Below, in pieces: positions 9,720 to 20,170 of a DNA stretch of 64,000 nt. The number at the start of each line of letters is the position of its first letter. The first letter of the stretch is position 1. Both the position numbers and the translations under genes were made by a program. Below the pieces are notes generated by a model. That model made no database searches, was not told the DNA's origin, and saw only the letters and a program-made list of their open reading frames with translations. The DNA comes from Candidatus Heimdallarchaeota archaeon (GTDB lineage: Archaea; Asgardarchaeota; Heimdallarchaeia; Hodarchaeales; Hodarchaeaceae): assembly GCA_011364965.1 (NCBI GenBank), contig RDOB01000003.1:464939-528938 (forward strand). The letters run 5' to 3'.

Positions 9720-11024
9720 CTACTCAAATATCTTTTTCAGGGCTAATTTATCAATTAATTGTACGAAAAATTGATTATCAATGTTCAAATCTGATAGTTC
9801 TTTAAGAAATAATTTATAAGTAGAATGACTCGGATCAAATAGCCCATAAACGCGTCGAGTAAGCTTCTTTGAGCAATAGGATGATAAATCGACCGTATTT
9901 AGTCCAGAATGAAGATTTTTAACAGCTTTTTTTATCCCTCGAATTAATTGGTCTTGATTGACCGCTTTCATCATACTGGTCACCTTTTCATTTCGTGTAA
10001 TAGCCCATCCTGGATATCGAGGATATTTTGAAGGTCTTTTTTGCCTATCAGAATCTCCAGTGAAGGATACTTCAGATTTATAGAACCCAGGTTGAAATAA
10101 ACCGAAATCAATTTCACGCAAAGTTTTCCCTCTGCGATTAGAAATCACAAGGTAATTCCCACTATGTCGATCCCATGCACCACAGACCGTGTCAAAAACC
10201 AGCATTTTACCCAAGTTTTCTGCGTCATTTAAAGTCAGTTCCTTAATATCCTCTTTGGATGCAATATAGAAATCCGTGGTTCCTGGGGCCAAAGGTTCGA
10301 TTAAAAGATCAGAATCTGGGGCAAGTAGTTGAAAAAGAGCTGAATAGTTGTTGTACAACAACACAGCATAATGAGGTAAACCTAAACCGATTAATTTACC
10401 AATCTGAAGCACCTGTAGCTCCATATTGGGATTATCCATTCGATCTTTTCGAGATAATGCCTTAACAAATAATCCGTGTCCTTTTGGAGATGAAAAAAAG
10501 AAAAATGTTGGATTAGCACTACCTCCTTTATTATCACGAAAAAATAATAATTTTTTAGGTTTACTGGAGGGAATTATTGAACTAAATTGTTTAAATAATA
10601 AAATAACCATGGAATAGTATTCTAGCGATTTTTGTCGTCTACTCAAAACTAGATAAGAATCTATATAACCATGAACCAGTTTGTATTTTCGAAGAATTGT
10701 CAAATCATTTATGGAAACATGATTAATTTTAAGGAAAAGCGCGTAATAAGAAGAAAAGGTGCTCCAGTGAAGTGCAAACTTTAAATGCTCTTTAGTTTTG
10801 GGACCAGATACTTCCTCAAACGCAGAATGGAGATTTTTTCGAAACAACCGTTTATTATTAAACGGCTGGTCATTCTCAAGCTCGATATCGAATGATATAT
10901 AGCGGGGTATAGCAATTGTTTCAGATTTAGTAAAAACACCTTTAATTTTGATTTTCGATAAAAAAGCTCGAGTAGATCTTTCTGGATTTTTTCCTTTTTC
11001 GATAATTCTATTCGAGGTATTCAC
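9720..11024 (-). CDS. Atypical kinase of the PI3K/PI4K/HipA-like superfamily with uncharacterised N-terminal region
   Basis: KGGS loop, FVK lysine, helix C Glu (MELQ), WDRHSGNYL catalytic loop, IDFG. Confidence 0.75.
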   Translation of the reverse strand: MNTSNRIIEKGKNPERSTRAFLSKIKIKGVFTKSETIAIPRYISFDIELENDQPFNNKRLFRKNLHSAFEEVSGPKTKEHLKFALHWSTFSSYYALFLKINHVSINDLTILRKYKLVHGYIDSYLVLSRRQKSLEYYSMVILLFKQFSSIIPSSKPKKLLFFRDNKGGSANPTFFFFSSPKGHGLFVKALSRKDRMDNPNMELQVLQIGKLIGLGLPHYAVLLYNNYSALFQLLAPDSDLLIEPLAPGTTDFYIASKEDIKELTLNDAENLGKMLVFDTVCGAWDRHSGNYLVISNRRGKTLREIDFGLFQPGFYKSEVSFTGDSDRQKRPSKYPRYPGWAITRNEKVTSMMKAVNQDQLIRGIKKAVKNLHSGLNTVDLSSYCSKKLTRRVYGLFDPSHSTYKLFLKELSDLNIDNQFFVQLIDKLALKKIFE

Positions 11025-11528
11025 AGGAAAAAAATCTCCATTTATTAAAAGATCTAATTATTTAAGAAAAGACAAGATATCCAAATAAATCTTTCTTATC
11101 AATCTCGAAATAGATGATAGAATATTCATTCTCTTAAATAAGGAAAATAATCATTATTAGGAGGAAGAGGATTAAAAACCATCCAAAGAGAGTGAGGAAA
11201 TCGTTCTAAATCGAGTTAATCTAGAATAAAATTAATAGAAAAAATATTATAAGCTGAAATTTCCAGTAAACCAACCCTATATACTAACTCAATTTTTAGT
11301 TATTCCTCTGAAAGTCAATTGAACAAATTAAGTCATTTTCGCTTAGTTCTCCATTCATATTTAGGGAGTATTCGGTTTCATGACAATTCGTAATTTACGA
11401 CACACTTAATTATTCAACATTGACGGAACTATGAAATCATTTCGAAATTAAAAAAAAATAAAATTATATGAACCCAAAAATTAAAGAAAAACTAGGGAGT
11501 TTATTCCTGTAACTTTTTCGGATGAAAT

Positions 11529-14500
11529 TCAGAAGTTTTGTAAAGGAAGCTCAATTGTAACTGTTGTTCCTTTATCCAAACCTTCGCTAAAAATACTAAT
11601 TTCACCACCATGGGCCTCGATAATAGTTTTGCAAAGATATAAACCAATCCCGGTACCCCTGACTGAATACTTCGTGGGAAAGGAAACAAATGGATCAAAT
11701 AGGCGTGAAATATGTTCATCTAAGATACCTGCTCCGTTATCACGGATATTTACCCGAATGTTCTGATTATGAATCTGACATTCTACAACAACTCGACGAT
11801 TATCTTTATCACTATGATGAACTGCATTTTCCATTAAATTGTTCAACACTTGAGACATCCTATCGACATCTATTTCTACTAAAGCAGGTCTATCAAAATC
11901 CTTTACTACTAGTTGTAGTTGTTTTCCTAATAAGGTTTGATATGGTTCCATCTGTTTTGTTATAAAACTCTTAAATTCTACAACAGAGGTATTTAAAATA
12001 AAGATTCCCCTCTCAATCTTAGTAATTTCGCTAACACCAGTAATTAAAGTCTCTAATCTATTAATATTCTTCTCAAGAACATCAAAAAGATGCTCACGTC
12101 TTCTTGGGGGTATTTCATCATATCGAGACTTGAAAATTTCATAATAACCTTTGATAATCGTCAGGGGTGTCCGTAGTTCGTGACTAGTCAACGCTATAAA
12201 GTCTGCACGACGATTCTCTAAATCATTTCTAGCTTCCTCGGCCAATTTTGCACTAGTGATGTCTGATATAATCCCTACGGTTCCAATAAACTCATTGTTC
12301 TCATCTAAGAGTATTGAACCGGCAACCCGGGTTATAATTTGAGTTCCATCTTTTCTAATAAATCCTAGTTCATATGGAGTAACATCTTCCATATTATGAC
12401 GCATTTCATTAGCTCGATAAAGGATTGGCCTATATTCTTCAGTTATAAATTCATCAACTTTGTGTCCAACCATCTCAGTTTCAGAATAACCAAGCATATG
12501 AATTATAGCAGGATTGACAAAGGTTGTAACTGAATTTTTATCACTAACCCAAATACCCTCAGTTAAAGTTACAAATAATCTTCTAAATCGTTCTTCAGAT
12601 TCTTCAAGTTTTCTTTGAGAGATGATTTTTTCAGTAATATCTCGAAAAGCTGCTACAACTCGGTTTTTTTCGGCCTGAAATGCATGTATTTCGAAAAATC
12701 CTTTGAAATAATCATCCTCATAATATAACTGATCAACACTCCATTTAGATCCGTACTTGGCAACCGCACGACTCATTCGAGGAATTTGTGTTGAAACAAG
12801 GTTTGGGATAGCCTGTTCAATTGTCATGCCGACTAAAGTATTACAATCAAATCCTAGAATCTCATTTGCGGTCTGGTTTCCTCCTATAAATAACAATTCA
12901 TCGTTTTCTTTTAGCTCACAAAGAAACATGCCAAAGGGACTATAGTTAAAAATATTCCTAAATCTCTCTTCTGATCTTTTTAACTCTTCCTCAGCTTTTT
13001 TGCTCTCAGTAATATCTCTAAATGACACAGCCATTTGATTTGGTTGGGTTTGGAACGCTGTAACCGCATAAATCCCTTTTATCCCATGAGAATCATATTT
13101 AAAACTATCGATAACCCATTTAGTTCCTGTTTTAGCTACTTTACGATACATAGAGGGAACTTCTGTTTCAATTAAACCTGGAAACGCTTCTTCGATGGTT
13201 TTACCAATAAATTCTTGAGACTGTATACCCAAAATTTGATCAGTCATTTGATTTGCATTTTGGAAAATTAATGAATTATCTGCTTCCAACTCATATAAAA
13301 TCATAGCATTAGGATTGGACTCGAATATATTTCTAAAACGTTGTTCAGAGATCTTCAAATCCCTCTCTGCTTGTTTACGAAGAGTAATATCTTCACCAGA
13401 ACTTAATGTACCTATGATCTCACCAAATTCGTTTCTAATAACGGTATTATGCCATGCAATGCATCTCAGCTTGCCTGATTTCGTCTTAACAATATTTTCA
13501 ACATATTCAACAGCTGTGAACTCCCCTTTCATCAATTTATGAAAAACATCTTGTATTTGGCTGATGTTATCATCTGGGAGAAAATTTTCAAACCAATTCA
13601 TCCCTATGATCTCATCTTCTAAATATTCTAAGACTTCACAACCTTTGTTGTTAATCAAGGAAATATTCATATTTTTATCAATAGCTATCAATATTACTCC
13701 AGCAATATCAAGATATGTTTGAGCTCGATCTCTTTCTATCCTCAAGCGTTGTTCTAGTAATTTCCTATCTGTTATATTCAACGCAGTAAACGTAACACCT
13801 TTAGAAGGATCTGTAGGATCTATAGGAGTGGATCTTAAATCTATTTCTATGATTGTGCCATCTTTTCTTCTGAAAAAAGTATCAATAACTCCAGTTCCAT
13901 ATTTGGCAATATCCGCATATTTTTCTCTCCCTATTCTTTGATATTCTTCATCTGAAGGATATAAAATCCTTGCATTTTTTCCAATTAATTCCTCTTCTTT
14001 ATACCGCAGCATTTGCATTAACGTTTTACTTAAATATGTTAGATTTCGGTTTTCATCAACTAAACCTATCCCTATTGGTGCCACTCTTAGGATGCTCTCA
14101 TATTTTGCTTGACTTTCTTGTAATAACTGTTGAGTTTGCTTTAGATCTGAAATATCGACAATAGAAAGAATTACAAAGGACCAATCATCTTTGAATTCGC
14201 TAGGCATGGTGGCACGATAAAAAATGCTGATTTCTTTTCCATCTAATGTCTTAGTTTTGCCTTCTGCTTCAAAAAAATCTTCCCCGGCAAAAAAAGCTGC
14301 AATTCCTTTTTCAAAATCACCCAAAAAATCTTCCAGTGCAAGAATTAGGTATTTATTGAGTAATTCTTCTTTGGAAAGAGCATTGAATAGTTTAAGACTG
14401 GATTCATTTATATCTAGCACTTTAATCAATTTAAGGAGATCAGAGATAGATGAAAATCTTGGATGAATCTGATCACTAAATTGGATACCCTCAATAACAA

Positions 14501-17500
14501 TTTTCAATTCTGATAGATCGATTAGCCAAGTGGAAATTGGGGCATTATCAAATAACTTTTTAAATTTAATTTCACTTTCTTTTATTGATTCCTCAGTTTC
14601 TTTTAGCTTCGTAATATCGACATGATTTATTAATACTCGAGAAAGAGTCTCCTCGTGGCCAGGAACAACAATTACCTTGGTTAGAAGATATCGCCTTTTC
14701 CCATCGATTTTAGAGATGTGGGGAAATTCAATTACTGTCTTACCTGTAAGAAGCTGTAGATAATTATTTGCTGCAATTAAATTCTCTTGATTTTGTCTTA
14801 TGTCCCAAGTTTTATATCTAAGTTCTCGGAATTCCTTCAAGTCATTAACATTGTAAAGTTCCAAGGTAGCACTGTTCAAATCCGTGTCCTTGACTAATTT
14901 AGCAACTTCTATAGCCTTTTGAGGATTATTCTTGAAAAAAACAGCTATATCTTCGACTCCTCGCTCCTTTAACTGGTTTATATATGCTAAAGCCTCAGAA
15001 AAGTCTAATTCTCGCATAGGAATAGGCGTAGTTTCAAATAAATTACGATATCTTGATTCACTTCGTTCAAGTAACTCTATTGCTCTCTTTTTTTCAGTAA
15101 TGTCGATAAATGCTAACATATTGGCTGGTTTTGCATTATATTGAATAGATCGGGAATAAATATCAAGCCATATAACAGCTTCAGCTTTTGTGATCATTCT
15201 AATTTGGTAATTGGTAACTGCACCAAACTGACCTAAATGGATCTTTTTTAAGCCAAAATCACGATCATCGGGATGGATGGAAGATTCAAACTTATTGTTA
15301 ATGATTTTATCGAGCGAATAACCAAAAGTGTCAGCAACGGTCTGATTTGCGTAAATTATCCTTTCATCTTGTATGATACAGATTCCTAAAACTGATTGTT
15401 CGGATAATATCCGAAATTTCTCCTCGCTTTCTTTTAGCTGCTTTTCAAATTCAGAGGCTTGAGTAATATCAAATATAGTTGCAACAATTGACTTAATTTG
15501 CTTTTGTTCATCAAATATTGGGGTTGCATTGATAGAAAGTAGTCTTCTTTCACCTGTAGCTAATTCGATTGCATGTTTCACATCCCTTACAGGTTTTTTG
15601 CTTTCTAGTACCTTAGCAACGGGTAATTCTTCTTCAGGAAAAACTCCCCCGTTAATACTAGTTATTATCCATAGAGGATCGTTATATGTTCTCTCAGTAA
15701 TCTGGTTTTTTGTAAGACCAAGTACTGTTTCGGCATATTTATTAGCAAAACTAATTTTTCCATCTGGATTGATGGTCACGATGCCAATAGGACTCATTTC
15801 CATAACATTTTCTAGAAATGATGTCTGTTGCTGGAGCTTAAGCTCCGTTTTCTTCATCTCGGTGATGTCTCTGGTTATACTACCTATCATAAAGCCTTTT
15901 TCTGATTTTATTGGAAATGGGATCTGTTGAAGGTGCTTTATCTCCTCATCTTTTGTTTTAATTTTAATCTCCAAGATAGTGTTTAACCATTCAGCATTTC
16001 CTTCTCTCAATGCCATAACGACTGACTGCTTGAGAGAATCCTTCCTCTGAGCAAATAAAATTGGATCAACAGATAATTTTGAATTTAGATCCCAATAATA
16101 ATGGCCTAAAGAATCCTTTTTAGAATAACCAGTAATTCTCTCTTGACCTCTATTCCATTCAATTATTTTCCCATCTGTGTCTATTAAAGCTATTCCATCA
16201 TATGATTGATTTATTATTGACATCAGTCTATTTTTAGTTTCAACGAGTTCTAATTCAGCTGTTTTTAATTCCGTAATATCTCTGGTAATACTGCCAATAA
16301 GACGGTCTTTACTGGTTTTAATGAAAAATGGAGTTTGTTCAATATATTTAATTTCTCCACTTCGTAAATAAATTGTTGAGGTAAAAGATTTACTCAACCA
16401 CGGTGCTCTTTCTATACTAAAAGCTTGTAAAATGCGTTCTTTTGACTTTTCTAGATGCTCCCTACTTCTTAAGTTTGGGTCTCTGATTTGATGTTGAATA
16501 TCCCAAAATTTTTCACCTAAAACTTCTTCACGATTGTATTCAAAAATCTGCTCACTTGCGTGATTCCACTCATTAATGTTACCCGTAGTATCAATTAAGA
16601 CAAGCCCGTCGCTTAATTGCTCAATGATAGAACGATATTTCTCTTCACGATCGATCAGCTCTTGTTCGAACCTTTTTTGGTTTGTAATATCCCTAATTAT
16701 ACTGCCAATCATGAAACTATTCTCAGTTGGGATTAGGAATGGTGAATCTTGAAGAATCTGAAATTCTCCATTTAAAGCTTTTATTGTGTATTCATGAACT
16801 GAATCAAACCAACTTCCTTTCCCTTCTCTCAAAAGTTCTTTTGTCATTCGTTCCATTACGAGCTCTATCTGGGATATTGAGCTCGTTTCAGGAACTAATG
16901 CAGCCTGAACAGTCCAAGAATATTTATATATGGCATCTTTTTGTAAGATCCCAGTTATTCGTTCCATTGCTGGATTCCATTCCCTGATTCTACCTTCTTG
17001 ATCAATAAGAATAATCCCATCAGATGATTGATTTACAATGGAAGATAATCGGTTCTTGACCTCTCTGAGCTCCTGCTCGGCTTTTCTTCTTTCTGTGATA
17101 TCTAAAACCGACACAATAACCTTTGAGAGAGATTCCTCATAACCAGGGACTACTGAAAGCTTAATAGAAGAAATTATTGATTTTCCAGTAAGCATTATCC
17201 CTGTAAACTCGGCTTCATATTCTGTTTTTCCCTCACTTAAATTTAATATCTCCTCTTTAAATGAATGGTATGCAGACTCATCAAATATTTGATTTAGTCC
17301 TTTAAGTAATTTTTCTTTATTATCTGCACCATAGAGATCCAAGCTGATGTTATTAACATCAATAACTTTAACAAGAGAGGCTAAATTCCGAAGTTCTTCA
17401 GGATTATTGTCTAAGAATGAACTTATGTTAGATGTTTTTCCTTTAAGCTCATCTAAATATTCTTTGGCTGCAGAAAAATCTTCCTCCCAAATGGAAATAG

Positions 17501-17909
17501 GGGCGTTCTCAAATAAAGTTTGATAGCGTGTCTCCGTTTCATGAACATTTTGATTCGTGGTTTCTTCAATAATAATCGCAAACTGACTATCAATACTTAT
17601 AAGTTGAAGCGATAACCAGATTTGTGATTCTCCTTTCTGAAATTTAAATTCTTTCTTAAATTCGGTTAAATCGACCGAAGAAATGTCTTGATCTGGAAAT
17701 ATTAGTGCAAGGGGATGTTTATTTACTAAATCATTGCTTGTAAATCCTAGAATCTCAAGAAATTTTTGATTAAAATAAGAAACTAAGCCTAGGATAGGAT
17801 CATATAATAAAATGCCAATATTAAGGGAATCAACGAGTCTTTTAAGGTTTGTTAATCTTTTCTCTAAAAGAGAACATTTTTCTTGCAGTTGTTGGATCTG
17901 TTGTTCCAT
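11529..17909 (-). CDS. Soluble sensor histidine kinase with about 14 tandem PAS domains
   Basis: Repeated PAS/PAC ends (RDIT..K..E..L), H-box SHELRTPLT, N-box NLMENA, G1 DNGAG, G2 GTGIGL; no TM segment. Confidence 0.95.
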   Translation of the reverse strand: MEQQIQQLQEKCSLLEKRLTNLKRLVDSLNIGILLYDPILGLVSYFNQKFLEILGFTSNDLVNKHPLALIFPDQDISSVDLTEFKKEFKFQKGESQIWLSLQLISIDSQFAIIIEETTNQNVHETETRYQTLFENAPISIWEEDFSAAKEYLDELKGKTSNISSFLDNNPEELRNLASLVKVIDVNNISLDLYGADNKEKLLKGLNQIFDESAYHSFKEEILNLSEGKTEYEAEFTGIMLTGKSIISSIKLSVVPGYEESLSKVIVSVLDITERRKAEQELREVKNRLSSIVNQSSDGIILIDQEGRIREWNPAMERITGILQKDAIYKYSWTVQAALVPETSSISQIELVMERMTKELLREGKGSWFDSVHEYTIKALNGEFQILQDSPFLIPTENSFMIGSIIRDITNQKRFEQELIDREEKYRSIIEQLSDGLVLIDTTGNINEWNHASEQIFEYNREEVLGEKFWDIQHQIRDPNLRSREHLEKSKERILQAFSIERAPWLSKSFTSTIYLRSGEIKYIEQTPFFIKTSKDRLIGSITRDITELKTAELELVETKNRLMSIINQSYDGIALIDTDGKIIEWNRGQERITGYSKKDSLGHYYWDLNSKLSVDPILFAQRKDSLKQSVVMALREGNAEWLNTILEIKIKTKDEEIKHLQQIPFPIKSEKGFMIGSITRDITEMKKTELKLQQQTSFLENVMEMSPIGIVTINPDGKISFANKYAETVLGLTKNQITERTYNDPLWIITSINGGVFPEEELPVAKVLESKKPVRDVKHAIELATGERRLLSINATPIFDEQKQIKSIVATIFDITQASEFEKQLKESEEKFRILSEQSVLGICIIQDERIIYANQTVADTFGYSLDKIINNKFESSIHPDDRDFGLKKIHLGQFGAVTNYQIRMITKAEAVIWLDIYSRSIQYNAKPANMLAFIDITEKKRAIELLERSESRYRNLFETTPIPMRELDFSEALAYINQLKERGVEDIAVFFKNNPQKAIEVAKLVKDTDLNSATLELYNVNDLKEFRELRYKTWDIRQNQENLIAANNYLQLLTGKTVIEFPHISKIDGKRRYLLTKVIVVPGHEETLSRVLINHVDITKLKETEESIKESEIKFKKLFDNAPISTWLIDLSELKIVIEGIQFSDQIHPRFSSISDLLKLIKVLDINESSLKLFNALSKEELLNKYLILALEDFLGDFEKGIAAFFAGEDFFEAEGKTKTLDGKEISIFYRATMPSEFKDDWSFVILSIVDISDLKQTQQLLQESQAKYESILRVAPIGIGLVDENRNLTYLSKTLMQMLRYKEEELIGKNARILYPSDEEYQRIGREKYADIAKYGTGVIDTFFRRKDGTIIEIDLRSTPIDPTDPSKGVTFTALNITDRKLLEQRLRIERDRAQTYLDIAGVILIAIDKNMNISLINNKGCEVLEYLEDEIIGMNWFENFLPDDNISQIQDVFHKLMKGEFTAVEYVENIVKTKSGKLRCIAWHNTVIRNEFGEIIGTLSSGEDITLRKQAERDLKISEQRFRNIFESNPNAMILYELEADNSLIFQNANQMTDQILGIQSQEFIGKTIEEAFPGLIETEVPSMYRKVAKTGTKWVIDSFKYDSHGIKGIYAVTAFQTQPNQMAVSFRDITESKKAEEELKRSEERFRNIFNYSPFGMFLCELKENDELLFIGGNQTANEILGFDCNTLVGMTIEQAIPNLVSTQIPRMSRAVAKYGSKWSVDQLYYEDDYFKGFFEIHAFQAEKNRVVAAFRDITEKIISQRKLEESEERFRRLFVTLTEGIWVSDKNSVTTFVNPAIIHMLGYSETEMVGHKVDEFITEEYRPILYRANEMRHNMEDVTPYELGFIRKDGTQIITRVAGSILLDENNEFIGTVGIISDITSAKLAEEARNDLENRRADFIALTSHELRTPLTIIKGYYEIFKSRYDEIPPRRREHLFDVLEKNINRLETLITGVSEITKIERGIFILNTSVVEFKSFITKQMEPYQTLLGKQLQLVVKDFDRPALVEIDVDRMSQVLNNLMENAVHHSDKDNRRVVVECQIHNQNIRVNIRDNGAGILDEHISRLFDPFVSFPTKYSVRGTGIGLYLCKTIIEAHGGEISIFSEGLDKGTTVTIELPLQNF

Positions 17910-18163
17910 TAAAGATAATTCCTTTGAAATGTAATTACAATAACCAGCATTTGTATAAGAACCTACTCAAATGGCCTCTTAATAACTTCAAAAATCAAAA
18001 TAAAAACAATAAGAGAAACCTAGGAAAAACCTAACAGGATTATGAGAACATCTCAAGAAGTCTAAATTCATGTAAAAAATTGCATAAACCCACCAAAAAA
18101 AATGCAGATCTCAAATGAAACCTATATCATTATTTCGGAGATAAACTGGATCTTTCAGAATGT

Positions 18164-19111
18164 TTATTTAGTTTTTACCACCATTTTTACTTTTTTATCT
18201 GACAAGCCAATGTGAGCTACTGCTCCTGATTGGAATTCCAAATAATCTTCTTCGATACCATCACTAAAGATAACCCCTCGCTCAGGCATCTGAGACTCAA
18301 TCCTTAGGGTCTCATTGGTATTAATGCGACCATATATTATATTACTACCGGAAATTTTACTAGACCAAGGCTCCCGAACACAAAAGTGTAGAAAATTCGC
18401 ATCCCAACGTGAAGTAAACTCCCATTCATTTAATGGATCCATTTGAGCAGATCTAAACCCATTAACTATTCCTATTGCTCCTGTAACTATAGATTTATAC
18501 CAACCAGTAGATCCTAGCCCAGTTGAGACTATAACACCGCTAGAACTATGTTGTTCCTCCAAATCTCGGAATTTTATCACGTATCTGGCTGATTGATGTG
18601 ACTGATGACCAATGAAAATATCATTCACTCCTATTAGAACCTGACCCGTATTCAACTTTGCCTCAGCTAACGAAATATGCGTGAAGGAGGCATTACCACT
18701 ATTTAGACGATTTAATTGTTGCTCAAACTCAGAAGCATCGAAAGGGAGTAGAATTCCTTCAATACGTGAAATGTCAGGATTTATAGCGATGATTGGCTGT
18801 TGATCTAAGTATTTGGCTGTATTGACTACCAAGCCGTCTCTTCCGAGCACTACGATAAGATCATTTCTATTAAAAAGAAAATTTGGTAGAAAAGCCTTTT
18901 CAATTACCTGAAATTTCTGATTTCTCGGAATGGCTTGTTTAAGTTGTCGAAGAGAATAATAATAAACATCATTGCTATTTTGGTACTCTGTAAAGCTTAT
19001 TCCTTGATGTTCTAAGTAAAAACGTGCCTGCTCTTTCGTATTGAAACGCTCAATTAGCAGATCCAGCCATGTCTTTTGTGTAACTATAACAATTTTTCCA
19101 TATTCGTCCAT
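18164..19111 (-). CDS. NAD kinase-like protein (PpnK-type domain; NrtR-regulon 'OrfY' type)
   Basis: GRDGLVVNTAKY, GVNDIF, SSGVIVSTGLGSTGW, FSDGIEED; directly downstream of SPFH gene. Confidence 0.85.
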   Translation of the reverse strand: MDEYGKIVIVTQKTWLDLLIERFNTKEQARFYLEHQGISFTEYQNSNDVYYYSLRQLKQAIPRNQKFQVIEKAFLPNFLFNRNDLIVVLGRDGLVVNTAKYLDQQPIIAINPDISRIEGILLPFDASEFEQQLNRLNSGNASFTHISLAEAKLNTGQVLIGVNDIFIGHQSHQSARYVIKFRDLEEQHSSSGVIVSTGLGSTGWYKSIVTGAIGIVNGFRSAQMDPLNEWEFTSRWDANFLHFCVREPWSSKISGSNIIYGRINTNETLRIESQMPERGVIFSDGIEEDYLEFQSGAVAHIGLSDKKVKMVVKTK

Positions 19112-19135
19112 TAACTCACATCTGATTGATTTATA

Positions 19136-19993
19136 TTAATTATTAAGTAAAGAAGCTAATATTTCAGATGTTATGGTTAGAGATCCAATTCGTGAGGCGT
19201 TCTTAGATAATTCATTCAACGCTAAAGCCAGCACGAGCCGAGGATCTAATTCAGTGTAGACTTTGAGTTCTAATGCTTTAGCTTTAGCCAAATATTCGGC
19301 TTCTTCAATCGAATTTTTACCCCTTAAATCAATCAATGTCTGTTTCTTTTCTTCCAAGGTAATTTGAGTATTTAGCTCGTTTTCACGGATTTTTTGCTCT
19401 TGTTCAACAGCTGCAGCCCTACGTGTGTAAATTGCTTCGTCTGCTTGTCGTTGTAAGCTTTCCCGAAAATCTGCTTCAAGAGCTTTAGAAATTTCAGGGG
19501 TGGGCATTATGGCATTGAAAGTGATAGACAAGATTTCAATTCCCATTTCTTGTAAAAGTGATGATTCAGACGTACTCTGTAAAACAGTATCAGCTAAAAC
19601 TGTATTAAGTGCTAGGACTTCTTCCAAATCTAGCATTTTAATCTGCTTCCGAGTAATCATTTGAATAACATTCTTAATCCTCAACTCAAGTCTTTCGGGG
19701 TCTTCAGAGATGTACTGTCCGTCGTTAGGATAGATTTCAAAGTCTAATAACGACGCCATTCGGAGATGATCTTTAATCCTGTATGTTAAATGCCCTTGGA
19801 CGCTAACCATCTGAAAATTCTTTGTAGTCTCTGTAAATATGAAGTTTGAGTCTATAGTTGTAGCAGGAATTGAAAAAATCGAACTATTGTGTGTAAAATA
19901 GTAGAAAGATATGCCAAATCCCTTTTTCTTTACTTTTCCAGACACATATTTAATAATATACTTAGATGGATCTCCTTTAAAAAATTTCAACAT
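19136..19993 (-). CDS. SPFH/band 7 domain protein (NrtR-regulon 'OrfX' type)
   Basis: VQGHLTYRI, GIEILSI, coiled coil ADEAIYTRRAAAVEQEQKIRENEL. Confidence 0.88.
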   Translation of the reverse strand: MLKFFKGDPSKYIIKYVSGKVKKKGFGISFYYFTHNSSIFSIPATTIDSNFIFTETTKNFQMVSVQGHLTYRIKDHLRMASLLDFEIYPNDGQYISEDPERLELRIKNVIQMITRKQIKMLDLEEVLALNTVLADTVLQSTSESSLLQEMGIEILSITFNAIMPTPEISKALEADFRESLQRQADEAIYTRRAAAVEQEQKIRENELNTQITLEEKKQTLIDLRGKNSIEEAEYLAKAKALELKVYTELDPRLVLALALNELSKNASRIGSLTITSEILASLLNN

Positions 19994-20057
19994 CTATAAT
20001 ACACCATTTATCATTTTGTTGCTCTTTTAGAGGATCTTCTGTGTATAATAAAATATA

Positions 20058-20075
20058 GAACCTTAATATAGGTTC
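20058..20075. promoter_or_regulatory. Inverted repeat GAACCT-N6-AGGTTC upstream of the SPFH operon, enclosing a TATA-like TATATTAA on the minus strand
   Basis: Read directly; about 65 bp upstream of the SPFH start. Confidence 0.45.
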
Positions 20076-20170
20076 AGATGACGATAAAAATTACTAAGAG
20101 GGAACAAAACAAAGGTAAAGATTACTAAGATATTACAAAAATCAACTTCCATTAAAAATTTGTGTATTCG

